Shown here one piece after another: positions 12,601 through 27,600 of a stretch of 64,000 nucleotides of DNA; positions within the stretch are counted from its first letter, which is position 1, and the number at the start of each line of letters is the position of its first letter. Source of the stretch: Mytilus californianus (taxonomy: Eukaryota); assembly GCF_021869535.1 (NCBI RefSeq), contig NW_026262690.1, forward strand, positions 91,016,001 through 91,080,000. Reading direction: 5' to 3'. The position numbers and the translations under genes were made by a program. The notes beneath the pieces are model-generated. The model made no database searches. It saw nothing but the letters and a program-made list of their open reading frames with translations, and had not been told where the DNA came from.

Positions 12601-15600
12601 TCTAGGACGAAGTTATATATATTAGCATGTTACCACCCGTAGTAACCCTATTTCTCTGTGATTTATTTTAAACCAAGGGGAGTGATTTACCATTATATTG
12701 CCTTGTGTGTACTGGTACATGTATATCTAAAAAGTTCAGTACGGTGATTTTTTGAGATAATTTTTGGTATCGGAATAGAATCACCATTGTTTATTAAGTT
12801 TGCCTTACAATGGATCAGAAATTTTTTAAAAACGCCAGTCCGTCTCGATTGGTTTTTCCGGAGCATAACTTTTTGTTTGATTTGTGTATGATGCATAACT
12901 TTTGTACCATAGCACATAGATTGACAAAACTTTGTATGCAGAAACATCATGGGATCTGATGTCTCCTATACCAAATTCAGGTCACTCTGACCTTGATCCC
13001 TATGATAGTTATTTGTATTTTGTCTCTGGAGAACTTCCTTTAACCAACTAAGTCAAACTAAGTGTGCAGATGCATTATGGGAAGGAGATTTGTCAGTAAG
13101 ATTAGGGCATTGTAGCTTTGACCTTTGACCTCAAAAGTTGATCGACCCTTAACATTGTATCAGTAAAAATGGCAGTGATTTCTAAATATCCAACAAATAT
13201 CAAATTGCAATGATTATATAAAATAAATGGCTGAAAGCCAAAAATATCAAAATGGCATTTCTTCGATACTTAATTTCACAGGAACAACTAAAATGCATGT
13301 ACATGGTATTAGTTGCGCTATGCAGACAGTTATAAGTTTAACATTTGATGATGGAAAACCACTTGAAAAAAGAAGATGATATTTTTTTACAAATTGAGTT
13401 CATTTTAGAGATTCCACTGACAGTTTTAATCACCAAAAGAATTAGAATGTCTCAAATTTCTCAAAAAGTTATATTAAACAATACAAAACATAGAAGTTAA
13501 AAAATCCACTTTGCTTATTGCTTTATTATGTTACCTTGTGATGCAAGAGTACAAATTGATTGCTTTTAAATTGCATGTATGCTGCATTAGGTAGACATTT
13601 TATTTATTTTTTTTTCTATTTTAGGAAGTTCTTGGTTATAAGATAGACTTCCAGGTGACAGTGTACATTGTTGCTGTTCTTGAATATATAGCTGCTGATA
13701 TATTGAAGGTAATTATTGTTACATGCAATATTTTTTGGATGAATATGAGATTTGAAACTGTCAAAATTAACATTGCATGCAATATTTTTTTGATGAATAT
13801 GAGATTTGAATCTGTCAAAATTAACCAAACTAACTATTTGATTATGATTATACCATAGCATCCTCTAAAAAATTAAGCATTTCTCACAAATTTGCAAAAA
13901 AAAATAATAGTCAAACCAAATTTTCCATCAAATATTATACAAGGCTTTCAGAGATTTGAATTATCTCAACGACCTTAACTGGTAACCCAAGGGCAAAGGA
14001 TTAATGAAATTGTTTTTGTTACCTTGCATCCAATGGTGTGGTACAAAGTTATGTACAATTGTGGATAATTTTTAAAAAATTGTACCCAATGTCATGGACT
14101 ATAAAAGATAGGTCAAGTGTTATTTGTATGGTTTTGTCACTTATGATCCAAGAGTTATGATTCCAAATTTACTTAAAAAATTTGGATTTTTCCTGTTTCC
14201 TTATGATAATTAGAGAACCGTGTGTCCAATGTTATAGACCATAAAATAAAGGTCAAGTTTTAGTTTGATGGTTTTGACATTAATGTTAATAGTTACACCC
14301 TATAGTCACCAGTAAGATACTCATACAGCTTTTATGTTAAATAGATTTGCAATCATTAATTTTAATTCCAGATAAATATCAAAAGTAACAATTTAAAAAA
14401 AAATATTTTGTATTCAATTTTTATAGTTAAAGCTTCTAAAAATGATCTAAAAGTCTGTACAGAAGTTAAAATAGATGGTGTGTTTAACTGGTCAAGATGG
14501 CAAAATCCTTCTTAAAATGACTAGTCCTTAATAATCAAATATAATACCACTTGAAAAAGTATATAAATAAAATAAACTGGTAAATTGGACAGTTTGAACA
14601 TGGGTTAAGCTTGCGATTTGTTGAATTGGCCAGGGGAGACCTCTAATGTCTCTAGCGGAGTAAATAGACAATGGGCCTGATGACCAACAAGAACACATGA
14701 TTTGTTAAGTCAGCCATTAGGATTTGTAAATGAAGTCATTGTGTAAAGAAATGGAAGCCATGATTGAACAAAAAAAAAATTTAGATTCAATTGCTCATAA
14801 GTATTTGTGTGTATCAGAAAGTTTTTATGCCCCCGCCGTAGCAGACGGGGCATTAAGTTTTACCCTTGTCTGTGTGTACGTACGTACGTACGTCCCAAAA
14901 TTGGTTTCCGTTCTCTAACTTGAGTTTGCCTCAACCAAATGTTATGAAACTTATACACAATGCTCATTATCACAAAACGCTGATCTAGTTTGAATTTTGG
15001 TGGCGTCACTTTTACCGTTCTAGAGTTATGTCCCTTTACAAATGGAAAAATTGCTGAAATATTCGTTTCTGTTCTACTTTAGTTTGCCTCAACTAAATGT
15101 TATGAAACTTATGCACAATGCTAATAACCAGAAAATACAGATCAAATGTGAATTTTGGTAGCGTCACTTTTACTGTTCTTGAGTTATGCCCCTTTACAAA
15201 TGGAAAAATGGCTGAATTTTTCGTTTCTGTTCTCTAACTAAAAGAGTGCCTCAACTTAATGTTATGAAACGTATACACAATGCTTATTACCACAAAACTC
15301 AGATCAAGTACAAATTTGGGTAGCGTCACTTTTACAGTTCTTGAGTTGTGTCCTTTTATAACGTTATATGCAAGCAGGGGCATCATCTGTGAACCCATGG
15401 ACACATTCCCCATTTATTTGATTCATGTTGCAAATGTTTCAAGTGCTGTATGATGATATATTTTATCTGAGCCGAAAATGTTTCCAAAATGATTTTTCCC
15501 CCTGGCAAATAAACATGTTAAACAGACCAGAAAAGTTATTTAACAGATATCATGTATATTTAGGCCTATATAATTTTCACTTATTTAACAGGCCTGTGTT

Positions 15601-18600
15601 GAAAAAGACAGGCCTTGCCTGGGCCTATTAGCTGACCTAAATTTCAAACTTCTCTTTGAATTGAAACAAGGTTGCCATCGAGGAGTGTTTTCTTAATGAA
15701 AATTTCTGAATGATCTATGATATTGACCATGTTGACCACTTTATACTTCTGATGAAACCTATCATTATATTTGAAAAATTTAAGAATCAGAATATAATTT
15801 TAAAGTTTTTGAAAACAAATCTTTTAATTTTTTGCATCTTTAGTTCTCACTACATGTAGTTCATTTAACATTAAGATAAGTTATTAATTTTCATTAACAA
15901 TATTTCCTTCCCATGACAAAACTGTAGGATATGACTAACTAAAATTATAAAGTAAATTATTACTTTGTCATGAAACAACAATATTCTTCAATTTTTGATT
16001 GCTGGAAAAAATAAAAACAATTATTTTCTTACCTGGGAATTACCCTTTATCCTTTTCACAAATTCATTGATTGAGGTACGTGTTGTATTGTCTGACTTGG
16101 AAAATCCATTGACGGTTTCTCTGTCCAGTTTTCAGTGATTCACTTTTGAGTCATCAGCAGTTTCCTGTTGCTTTTTTCACAGGATGTCATATCTCCCTGT
16201 TATCAATAAATAAGTTTTGGTTTTCCTTATTTGATCGTTGATAAATTGCGTAGGAGGTTTATTTACTCTTATTGATTTATTTTAGATAATAAAAATATCT
16301 GATATTGGGGTCATTAAAATAAAGATCTTTTTGTTCAGCTTCTGATGTAGCTTCCTTTAGATGCATTTTTTTGTTGTTCAAAACACAAAGAAAGTCCTCA
16401 TGTAGGTCAATGTTTATTTTTTAACAATTATTATTTTTAAAGACAAATCAAGACCATGAGATGGATCACGTGAGACAACGTCTCATGAAAAACTGGAAAA
16501 ATCTTTTCATAAAAAACATATGACTTGTAAGACATTCAATCGTAACTTCATCTTTATAAATATCAACTTTATATTAAAGTACATGGTCATTCTGATAAAA
16601 TATAGAAGATATTTATTGTCTTTAGTATGTTTGGGATACTTGCCACTGGACTTAAGTCTAAAAATGATGATACATGTACTTATAGTTCAAATAATTAAAA
16701 AAGTAAGTAATGAATATTTTTAGGTTGTTTATTGTAAACAAAATCACTAGATCTTTTGGGGGTTATTTTTTTAATCTTTTACAAAAGTTCATAATGAAGA
16801 TTCCATCAAAAGAACTTTTAATTTTACGATCTCAATCCCATCAAAATTACCTCTAAATTATCAACAGTCACTTGTTTGAAAGTTTGAAATGTTACAAACA
16901 AAATAATGTGATCAGAATTTAAAGTGTTGTTTGCTTAACATCCAGTGGACGATATTTCATGCATATCAGGACAAAATAGTATAAAGTGTGAATTTAAATC
17001 AATATGATATTGATCCCCTCATGAATATTTTTTTAGCAGTAATAAAAATGTTACAAAAAATTCTAAAGTTTTAATAACTCTCTTGAAACTTTAGATGAAA
17101 GTCAAATTTTCTCCCTTAAGGGTGCGGATTAGGCAACTACCTTTCTATGTTTATTTTGCTTGTAAATAAGAATTTTTAGGTAAAGATTGTTTGCAAAAAA
17201 AAAAATTTTTAATTTTAGTTGACAGGGAACTATGTACGGAACATAAAGCACAAGGAAATAACATCGCAAGATATCAAAGTAGCAATATGTGCAGATCAGG
17301 TCAGTTAAAAGTTTTGCAGAAGACATATTTATATGAATTAAAAAAATGCTTTATGCCAACTGCAACAATCCTAAAACACATTAAAAAAAGACTAAACATC
17401 AAATGAGCAGCTAACTGTCTTCAACAATATTGTCTACGTACATGTAAGGTATGTTAAAAAGCTCTAAATTGTACATCGTGAGCCGTGCCAGGTTATAGAT
17501 AAAAGTCACAGCCATCTGCCATCGACACCATATTCTCTAAGGGCTATTCCATTAAAATGTATGTGGGAGGGTAGGAAGGGAAGTTTAATTATTGAATGTG
17601 GGTCATGGGTCTATTTTCAGTATGCGTCTATTACCATTATGCAATATTATCTAAAAAATGGTTCTTGGTTGTAGGGATATTTTGAAAGTCCCTTCCTACC
17701 CTCCTACATACTTTTTAATGGAATAGCCCTAAGTTTAGAGCATTGTTATTAACAATCTTGCAGTTGTAAAAGAAGTGGAGGTTTGAAATGTTAATATTGT
17801 GATAGAGTGAGTGAAATGAGGAAAATTGAATGCAATTTCAAGTAGGGTGGAGGTTTGGGGAATGCTTAGTGCTTGTGTCTCCTTAGTCCACAGGTTAATC
17901 TGCCACATATGAGATTATCGTTATGTTGCAGCTAATGACTTTTAGAAAATACTGTAAACCAACTAATTTTCGTGAGTAGAAAAATAATGTGAATATAAAT
18001 CGTGGAGAATATGTGAAACTTCTGTCTTACCTAACATAAATACATGAAGAAAATTAAAAAAACCGCAAAAAAAAATCGCTGTGAAGTCTGCTGAAAAGGG
18101 CTTAATGCAAAAATAAAATAGCCACGAAAATAAGTTGGTTTAAAGTAATGTTATCTTTATCATGTTTGTGGGTGCTGTACCTGACCTATTTTGACATTTT
18201 TTATTGTTTGGGAAGCATGTTAACAAATGTATTTTACTCTTCTGTTCCACAGGTATTGATGGATATGTTCTCTCAAGAGGAGGAGGTTTCCATGCCAGAG
18301 TTAGAGGAACCAATCAGACTGGAATCTCTTACTTACGAAGAAATTGTTAAAGATTTTATTTTTGAAGAGACTCAGTATATGAGAGACTTAAATATGATTA
18401 TTAAAGTGTTCAGGGCTCCGTTTGTTAAACACTTTCCAACAAGTAAGGTAATTATGTGAATAGTTCGTACACTTTTTAAAATTAGTCAGAATTTTGGAAA
18501 ATATTTTTTCAGGTACATGTATTTGGGAATTGTGAGGTAAATCAAACTGTCAACATTTTCTTCATAAAAAAGTTAACATTTCTTTTTTAAGTTGAATAAT

Positions 18601-21600
18601 ATTAATTGTTTTCCTTTTAAATTAAATTGAATTATACAAAAGATTTGTTTAGCCTCTTAGCATTTATTTCAAAATTCGGACAAAAGAGCAATTATTTGGT
18701 ATGCTTGAAATTTATTGATAATATTCCATATTTTTACAAAAACAGATGATGGAGGAAGGCAATTGCTTCTCTCTTTTTTATTGGCAGAAAAGACTCAATA
18801 CAACACAAATAAAGTGACTTTAATGTTTATATTATATATTGTAGGATTTAGACGTGATCTTCAGCAATATCTTGGACATCTATGAGTTTACAGCAAATTT
18901 ACTGAGTTCTGTAGAGGAACAAGTAGAACTTGCTGCAGAAAATGCCAAACCAGAAGTTGGAATTTGTTTTCAAGATATGGCTGAGGTAATGTAACATTTG
19001 TGTCTCAGCTGTTTCTAAGAAAAATGGTGAAATCAAGTCTTTAAATGAAATAAAATCCATGATTACATCAGTGACATGATATTGGTGTTATTTTGACACA
19101 ACTTTAGTAGGGTTTAAACAATAGAAGAGATTACTTATAATAATGTTATCATGATTGTTGATTCTTGATTTAACATTTCTCTCATTTTGATATTATTGTT
19201 TGGAACAAGATGCTTTTGACAGACAACACTTTAAAAATAAAAATAGATTTAAATGAAACTTCTTTGATTATATATCCTCATGTTGTTATTTTGCAAGTGA
19301 TCATAATAATTGTGTTCATATGTAAAATACAAACCATGGCCTCTTATTTGGGAACCTCTGGGATTGGCAACATAATAGAACGCAGCCATTCTTATGTTAT
19401 AGATTTCCTTTTATGCAATCATTTTAACTGGTTTACATGGTAAACTATTTTTATTCGAAGATAGTCTATTCAACCAGTGAAAAATTTGAATTCAATATAT
19501 GTCAAAACAATGCCAATATTTTAATACCAAAAGATAAGATACAAATGTGTTGCCAAATTTTAAGAAATTACAAACTGACTCTTGTTTTCCTCTCTGAATT
19601 TGATGACCAGGAAATAGTACTTTAATATTAATACAGAGACATGTAAAACACTTTTAAATGAGTTATATTGTGTTTTAAAATAGAATATAATATTTACTTT
19701 TAGGCAGAAGAATTCAGTGTATATGAGAAATATGTTGATGACATGTTAGCCCCTCATGGGAAAGAAAGGCTCAACATACTGTTAAAAAGAGATGATCTCA
19801 GTAAAACATTAGAGGTAAGTCAAATTTGAAAGAGATGATCTCAGTAAAACATTAGAGGTACTGTGGATTCATTTATTTTCGTGGGTACCAATTTTCGTGG
19901 ATTAAGGAAAACTTATATTTTCGTGGATATTTAATTTCGTGGTTTTGCCGAAGTCTGCATATAAGCCTAAGGAAAATTTGTTATTCGTTGAACATTTAAT
20001 TTCGTGGTTCACCAGTACCCACGAACTCCATGAAATTTGGTATCCAACGAATAATAATGAATTCACAGTAAGTCAAATTTGATGTAGATTATCTCAGTAA
20101 AACATTAGAAGTTAGGCAAATATAACTCAGTAAAACATTGGAGGTTATGCAAATATAAAAGTGAGGATCTCAGTAAAACATCGAGGTAAGTCAAATTTAA
20201 TAAATGATCTCAGTAAAACATTATAGGTTAGTCAAAAAATAAAAGAGATAATCACAGTAAAACATTAGAGGTTAGACAAATATATATATGTTAGTTGCTC
20301 CTTAACAATGAAATATTAAACTTCGAAAGACACTTATACAGCAGAAAGCATTACTGTGTTAACCAATTTTTATGCAACTGGTCTGCATTTAAAATTTCCT
20401 CATTAGCTTCTTATGGATTTTTTTGTGTACTGAAATGGGTATTACTTTGGAGAAACAGCTTGTTTTATGTGACTTCAATCGAGGTTCACTTGAGCAGTTT
20501 TGGTTTCATCTGCTGTCATTTTTTAATAGCTCTCAAAAGATTTGATCACTTGCAAATAAAATGTTAACAATTGTAAGTTGTGAACTCTGTTTTAAATACT
20601 GAAGGTATATTTTTTAATAGCTCTCAAAAGATTTGATCACTTGCAAATAAAATGTTAACAATTGTAAGTTGTGAACTCTGTTTTAATTCTGAAGGTATAT
20701 TTGAAATTTTGACCAGAAATTACAGTTAAAGAAAAAAAGTACTGTTATGGGCAAAACCTATTTATAAATGGAATAAAAAGTTGGAATAGCAAATCATATA
20801 AAAAGAAGATGTGGTATGTTTGCCAATGAGACAACTCTCCCCATTAGACCAAATGACACAGAAATTAACAACTATAGGTCACTGTATGGCCTTCAGCCAT
20901 GAGCAAAGCCCATACCGCATAGTCAGCTATAAAAGGCCCTGAAATGACAAATGTTAAACAATTCAAACGAGAAAACTAACGGCCTAATTTATGTACAAAA
21001 TAATGTACAAAAAACAAATATGAAACCCAGCAACAAACGACAACCACTGAATTACAGGTTCCTGACTTGAGACAGGCACATACAGAATGTGGCGGGATTA
21101 AACTAGTTTGTTGGCACCAAACCTTCCCCCTAACCTGGAACAGTTGTGTAACAGTACAACATATAAGAACAAACTTTAAAAATCAGTTGAAAATGGCTTA
21201 ACTCATGAGATTGATACAAAGAAGAAAAACATCTTAACAAAAACATTGGACTGGACGTTGCAGGGTATTTATACAACTCCACAACAAAACAGACACTAAG
21301 AACAGATTTGAGAGTACTCGCAGTGAATATATGCGAAGCTTATATATTGACAGGGAAGTGATTTACTACATGGTATATTTTTATGAGACACAAACAAAAA
21401 GAAATGAAACAAAAGTTAATGCACTTAAAATTATAAAAACAAATCACGTTAAGAATGCACTGCTTCATAAATATTTTGTTATAATATGTATATTAGATTT
21501 TTCCAATTATATAAAATTAAATATAAGTCGTCTCACTCCTTTCACAAACAAGTGGAAACATAGAGGACTTGTTTATGACTGATTTTACTAAAAAGCTAAG

Positions 21601-24600
21601 AAACATATGAAAATGTGAAATGATTTATGGAAGTGAAGCAAAAATAAGGGGGGATGAAGGAAATGAGAATCATAAAACAAAATTTGTGTGGCCAAAGTGT
21701 GGCAAATAGTACTGTATATGTATATATATATATTCTCTTTTTTAGGTTGAGGGGCATGGATTCAAAGATGCCATGAAATTTGTCTTGCCAAAACTTTTAC
21801 TAGGACCCATTTATCATTGTTTACATTATTTTGAAGTCATAAAGGTATGTATTTTAAAAATCTAATATACACTATTATAGGTTATAAGAGCTATTGTCTT
21901 TTTTCATGTGTCCATATTGGCATATTTTCAACATCCTTAATTGTAGTGTCTTATAAATATTTATACCGAGGTAATATTAATTACAAATGAAATGCTATTG
22001 AAAGTTATTTGACTTAATTTAATCTAATTTTACCATTTTAGATATTCTGGAAAAAATTTAATATTTCTTTCATGAAAAAATCATATAATAGATAAACTTT
22101 TATATATTGAAAAAGTTACATGCAAAAAACATTACAATTGTTTTCACATTTAAATTGTCACTTGTTACTCCTATTTAAGGCTCTGATGACTGCCAGTTCA
22201 AGTGAAGAAGATGAAGATTGTTTTAAGCAGGCAGATGGCTTGTTGATGGCACTTAAAACGATGCTTGAAAGAAAATTCAGTGGAAATATGCCAAAGAAAA
22301 AGCCATGGTATGTATCAGAAAATGAATACAAAATAGCATCAAGAATGTCCTAGATTCAAGGGTTATAGGTTTCAGAACAAGTGAGAATTATAACTATATC
22401 AACTCAAGTTATCAGGGCTGCTCCATTTAAACATTAATGGTACCCAGGGAAGTCACTGAAACTTGGGTAACCACCTATAGAAGAAATTTATGAACATCAC
22501 ATTTTCGCTTTATCAAAAAACATTTGACACCTACACCTAGTTGAGATTTAGAATTGCCTGATCTATGGTTTTCATTTATGTTTTTATGGAACAACCATAC
22601 TGATAAATGAGCATCTGGCTTGAATTTAAATTCATTAGTAAGAATAGACGTGAAGAAAATTCAAGCCAGTGTAAATATAATATCTGTTTATCAGAATAGA
22701 CATGCAGAAAATTCAGATAGAATATTATCGGATTTATGAAAATTAGGAATGTCTTATTTTCAATATTTAAATTACTTTTATTACATTTGTTACTATTTGT
22801 ACCATTTTACCTAGAGAAAGTATTAAAGTAGACATCTAACATGTCTAAGTACACACATGATCTATACAGGTATTTTGCCAGACAGTCCTGATTTGAATGA
22901 TTTTCTATTACAATGAATTGTGGCAACAGTGTATTTGTTTGTTATTTCTTCACAATTTTTGGAAATACTTCTCATGGTGATCAATGGGTAACTCACAGGA
23001 AAATGGCATTTGTCATTGGCATGCCTGTAATAGTAAGAATATGTCGGCCTATTTATCAAAATTACTCAGTAAACACTATTTTTACAGTACCATTATTTAA
23101 AAAATGCTAAAGTCGGTACATAATTTTATTTTTATGAAAGATGACACATCACAATTTGTAATATATCAACTGCAAAGAAAGTGGGAGAAGACAAGTGTTG
23201 TTCCGAGCAGTGTCTACAATTACTGAAGTTTTTTTATGAGCTCATTTAGATGAGCACCAATATGATTAAGCACATGTTAATGCAGTACATCTTGTTTCCT
23301 GTAGGCCCTCCCCTTAGTCATTGTCTATGGACTTCTGACATTTTTGCCTAATTTACATTTTAGGCAGGACATTATATTTTCTTATGCCTAAAGAAAATTT
23401 GGTTTGTGAATAATGTGTTGAAAATTTGAATTTAATATGTTTCAAATTTTAGGGAAACGTCGTTACGATTACATGGCAGAACCGGGAGACAAGCAATAGT
23501 ACAGAAAATGACAGAATTACAAAAGAGTATTGATGGATGGGAAGGAAAAGATATCTGGCAAAGTTGTAGTGAATTCATTTTAGGTAAGATGTTTTTTGGG
23601 TTAGACTTGCATCTCAGAACAATCATATGGAGCCAAAACATCTGTTTAAAATAGAGAGGCGAAAGATACCAAAGGGATATTCAAACTCATAAGTTGAAAA
23701 CAAACTGACACTGCCATGGCAAAAAACAAAAAACAATGAAAAGGGAAACAACAGTACACAAAACACAACATTTAAAGCATTTAATTCTTTTAAAAAAGGG
23801 AAACAGTAAATTTCATAGATTACTTCATAAGATCATAAACAAAAGGATGCAACATAAACAAATGAAAGCATGTCCATATATAATATATAGAATTAATAAA
23901 CTTAAATATTAGTATACTTTTTGTCGAACCTTTCGACTTTAGTCGAAAAAGCGAGACATAGCGATCCTACATTCCGTCGGCGTCGTCGTCATCGGCGGCG
24001 TCCACAAATATTCACTCTGTGGTTAAAGTTTTTGAAATTTTAATAACTTTCTTAAACTATCCTGGATTTCTACCAAACTTGGACAGAAGCTTGTTTATGA
24101 TCATAAGATAGTATCCAGAAGTAAATTTTGTAAAAATAAAATTCCATTTTTTCCGTATTTTACTTATAAATGGACTTAGTTTTTCTGCCAGGAAATATTA
24201 CATTCACTCTGTGGTTAAAGTTTTTAAAATTTTAATAACTTTCTTAAACTATCCTAGGTTTCTACCAAACTTGGACAGAAGCTTGTTTATGATCATAAGA
24301 TAGTATCCAGAAGTAAATTTTGTAAAAATAAAATTCCATTTTTTCCGTATTTTACTTATAAATGGACTTAGTTTTTCTGCCGGGAAATATTACATTCACT
24401 CTGTGGTTAAAGTTTTTAAAATTTTAATAACTTTCTTAAACTATCCTGGGTTTCTACCAAACTTGGACAGAAGCTTGTTTATGATCATAAGATAGTATCC
24501 AGAAGGAAATTTTGTTTTCTTCCAGTTAACATTACATTCAGTCTGCAGTTAAAGTTTTTAAACATTTATTAGATTCATAAACTATCCTGGATTTTTACCA

Positions 24601-27600
24601 AACTTGGACAGAAGCTTCTTACAATCAAAAGATAGTATCAAGAGGAATATTTTTATTGATTTACTTCCTCATTTTTGTTGAGCCTGCGATTAACAGAAAA
24701 AGTAGGCGAGACACTGGGTTCTGCGGAACCCTTACGAATTTTATTCTAAAAGAGCACTAATTTGGAATAAATCTCCATAAAAATTTTACCATCAGTAAAA
24801 ATGAGTTCATTGACCAAGTGTATTGCTGAGTAACAGTGCTTATTTTTTGTGATCAAAATTTTGCCATTAAAACTGAAGAGAACCAAGTTTGCTACATGTA
24901 AAATTTATTTCAACAGATGGTGTGTTGAACAAGTTCTCTACAAGATCAAAAACTACAGAAAGATATGTGTTCTTATTTGACGGACTAATTGTTTTGTGTA
25001 AACAAAATACACGAAGATCATCAGTCACAGGAGTACAACCAGAGTTTAGATTGAAAGAAAAATTCCAGATCAGGAAAATGGAAGTTGTTGATCGAGAAGA
25101 TACAGATGGTATAATACATGAAATTTTGAAATTTATACTTTTGCTTTAATATACCAAATCTTTTCAGAGTGTACCAGAAGAATTTGCATGTGCAGTTTTT
25201 ATTTTTATCAGGTTCTGTAACAAGCTGAAGATAACTTGATCAGCTACTAGAAAATGAATTATATCTGGAAATTAACTTATGGTCTTCAATGATAGACCTG
25301 TCATATATATATCAAGCTCAAAATGCAGTGTTCTAAACAAAAATAGAATGTGCTTTCCTTTGAATAAATAGAGAGGTGGAATACAATTCAATGAGACATC
25401 AATCCAACAACAAAAAGAAATGCATAAGACCTTTTCAAGTTATATATTTTCCATGGAAAAAATATACAGGAAAATGGGGAGATATAGTAGCACTAGTCTT
25501 CTTAATAAAAACATTTTATTCAAAAGTACTATGGGTCGATGCCACTACTGGTGGGGGTTTACTCCCCGAGGGTATCACCAGCTTAGTCAGCACTTCAGTA
25601 TATGATATGGTTAAAATTATAAATTAATTGTTAGCAAAACTTTGATTTCTTTTTTATACGACTGCAAAAAAATTTTGCTGTAGTATATTGGTATCACGTC
25701 TGCGTCAGCGTCGTCCGAAGACATTTGGTTTCCGGACAATAACTTTAGTTTAAGTGTATGGATCTCTATGAAATTTTATCAAAAGGTTCAATACCACAAA
25801 AGGAAGGTTGGGATTGTTTTTGGGGGTGATGGTCCCAACCGTTTAGGAACTAGGGGCCAAAACAAGCATTTTTCTAGTTTCAGGACAATAACTTGTGTAT
25901 TAGTATTTTGATTGCTCTGAAATTGTACCACAAGGTTCAATACCACAAGTAGAAGGTTGGGATTCATTTATGGGGTAATTGCCCAAACTGTTCAGGAATT
26001 GGGGGCCAAAAGGGTCTAAAACAAGCATTTTTCTAGTTTTCAGACAATAACTTGTGTTTTAGTGTAATTTGTAGCACATTTTACAAAAAAGAAAGTTTCT
26101 TCAAAATTAATATTTTTGGAAGAGGGGGTTAAAAAAAAATTTTTTTGAGTGGCAATTTTTTTTCCTCAAAAGAAAATTCTCTTCAAATATTATTTTTGTT
26201 TGGAGGGGGGGTAAAAAAAAATTTTTTGGGGGGTCAATTTTTTTTCCCTCAAGATTTAAGAACTTGTCACTTTTCCAAAGAAAAAAATTGGGGGTCACAA
26301 TTTATTTTGCTAATTCTTTGTATAGTCTGACAACAGATTTACTAAGTATTGCGCAACAACACAGTGAATTGCACAACAGCAAGAAATCTTCAATTGAATA
26401 TAAATTCAAATCATACAACCAATTTCAAGTTCTTTGACTACATTTATTCTGTGATAGAAACCTGTAATGTGTCAAATATTTAATTACAATCCAAATTCAG
26501 ACCTGTATCAAGCTTGAATATTGTGTCCATTTTTGCCCCAACTGTTCAGGGTTGGACCTCTGCGGTCGTATCCAGCTGCGCTTGGCGAAGCAGTTTATAT
26601 TGAAATACTAAGGATTTTCTACCCCAGGAATAGATTACCTTAGCTGTATTTTGCAAAACCTTACTTAATTTTGGGTCCTCAATGCTCTTCAACTTCGTAC
26701 TGTATTTGGCCATTCTAACTTTTTTGATGGGAGCGTCACTGATGAATCTTTTGTGTATCAAACGTGTGTCTGGCGTACAAAATTTTATCCTGGTATCTAT
26801 GATGAGTTTATTAAGTATTAGTGAGCAATATCTCACAGTACAATGCACATCTTGTATTTGCAGATTGCAAGCATGGATTTGAACTTCAATCAAGAGATAG
26901 TCCCAGTCACTGTGTTCTTCTTATGGCTAAAACTGCTGAAGAAAAAAGTAATTGGATGGCAGCTTTGATATCTTTACAAACTAGAAGGTAAGTTAAATGA
27001 CTTTAACCTAATAGGTTATTGCTGATAACATCTTTAAATATTAAGTCAAAATGTTTAAACTGGAATTGAAAGATATAATTGATACTGTAAATTCAGAAAT
27101 TATTGTGAGGTTTTTATAAATGTGAAAAGTACAACTCGCTGAACATCACAATAATAAGTACTCACATTCTGATATCTGATAGATATATATATGTATACAG
27201 CTTTTCCATAAATCGCAATAATTAAACTCGCATTTTGTTCATTCTTCAAAAATTGCAATAATAAATGCATGCAGTATTTCTGAATTTACAGTAGATGTTT
27301 TTAATTTCATGTATTGGTGTGTAACAAGAATGATATAAAACATTTTTTAAAATTTCTTTTGGAGAAAAAAAATTGTTTCAGATCAAATATCTTCACTAAG
27401 TGATACTTTTTCTGATTGCATTGTAAGCAAGGTAGATAACTTATTATATATCAAAATGGAAAACAATTGTGTGGTAAAGAAAGGGTTTTTAAATACAATA
27501 CATTTTAGTATTTATCAATTCTAAAGTAATGTAACATAAAGTGCAGGTTATTATAGAAATATTTTTGTACCGTGTTTTAAATTTGTTTTAGATTTCATTG

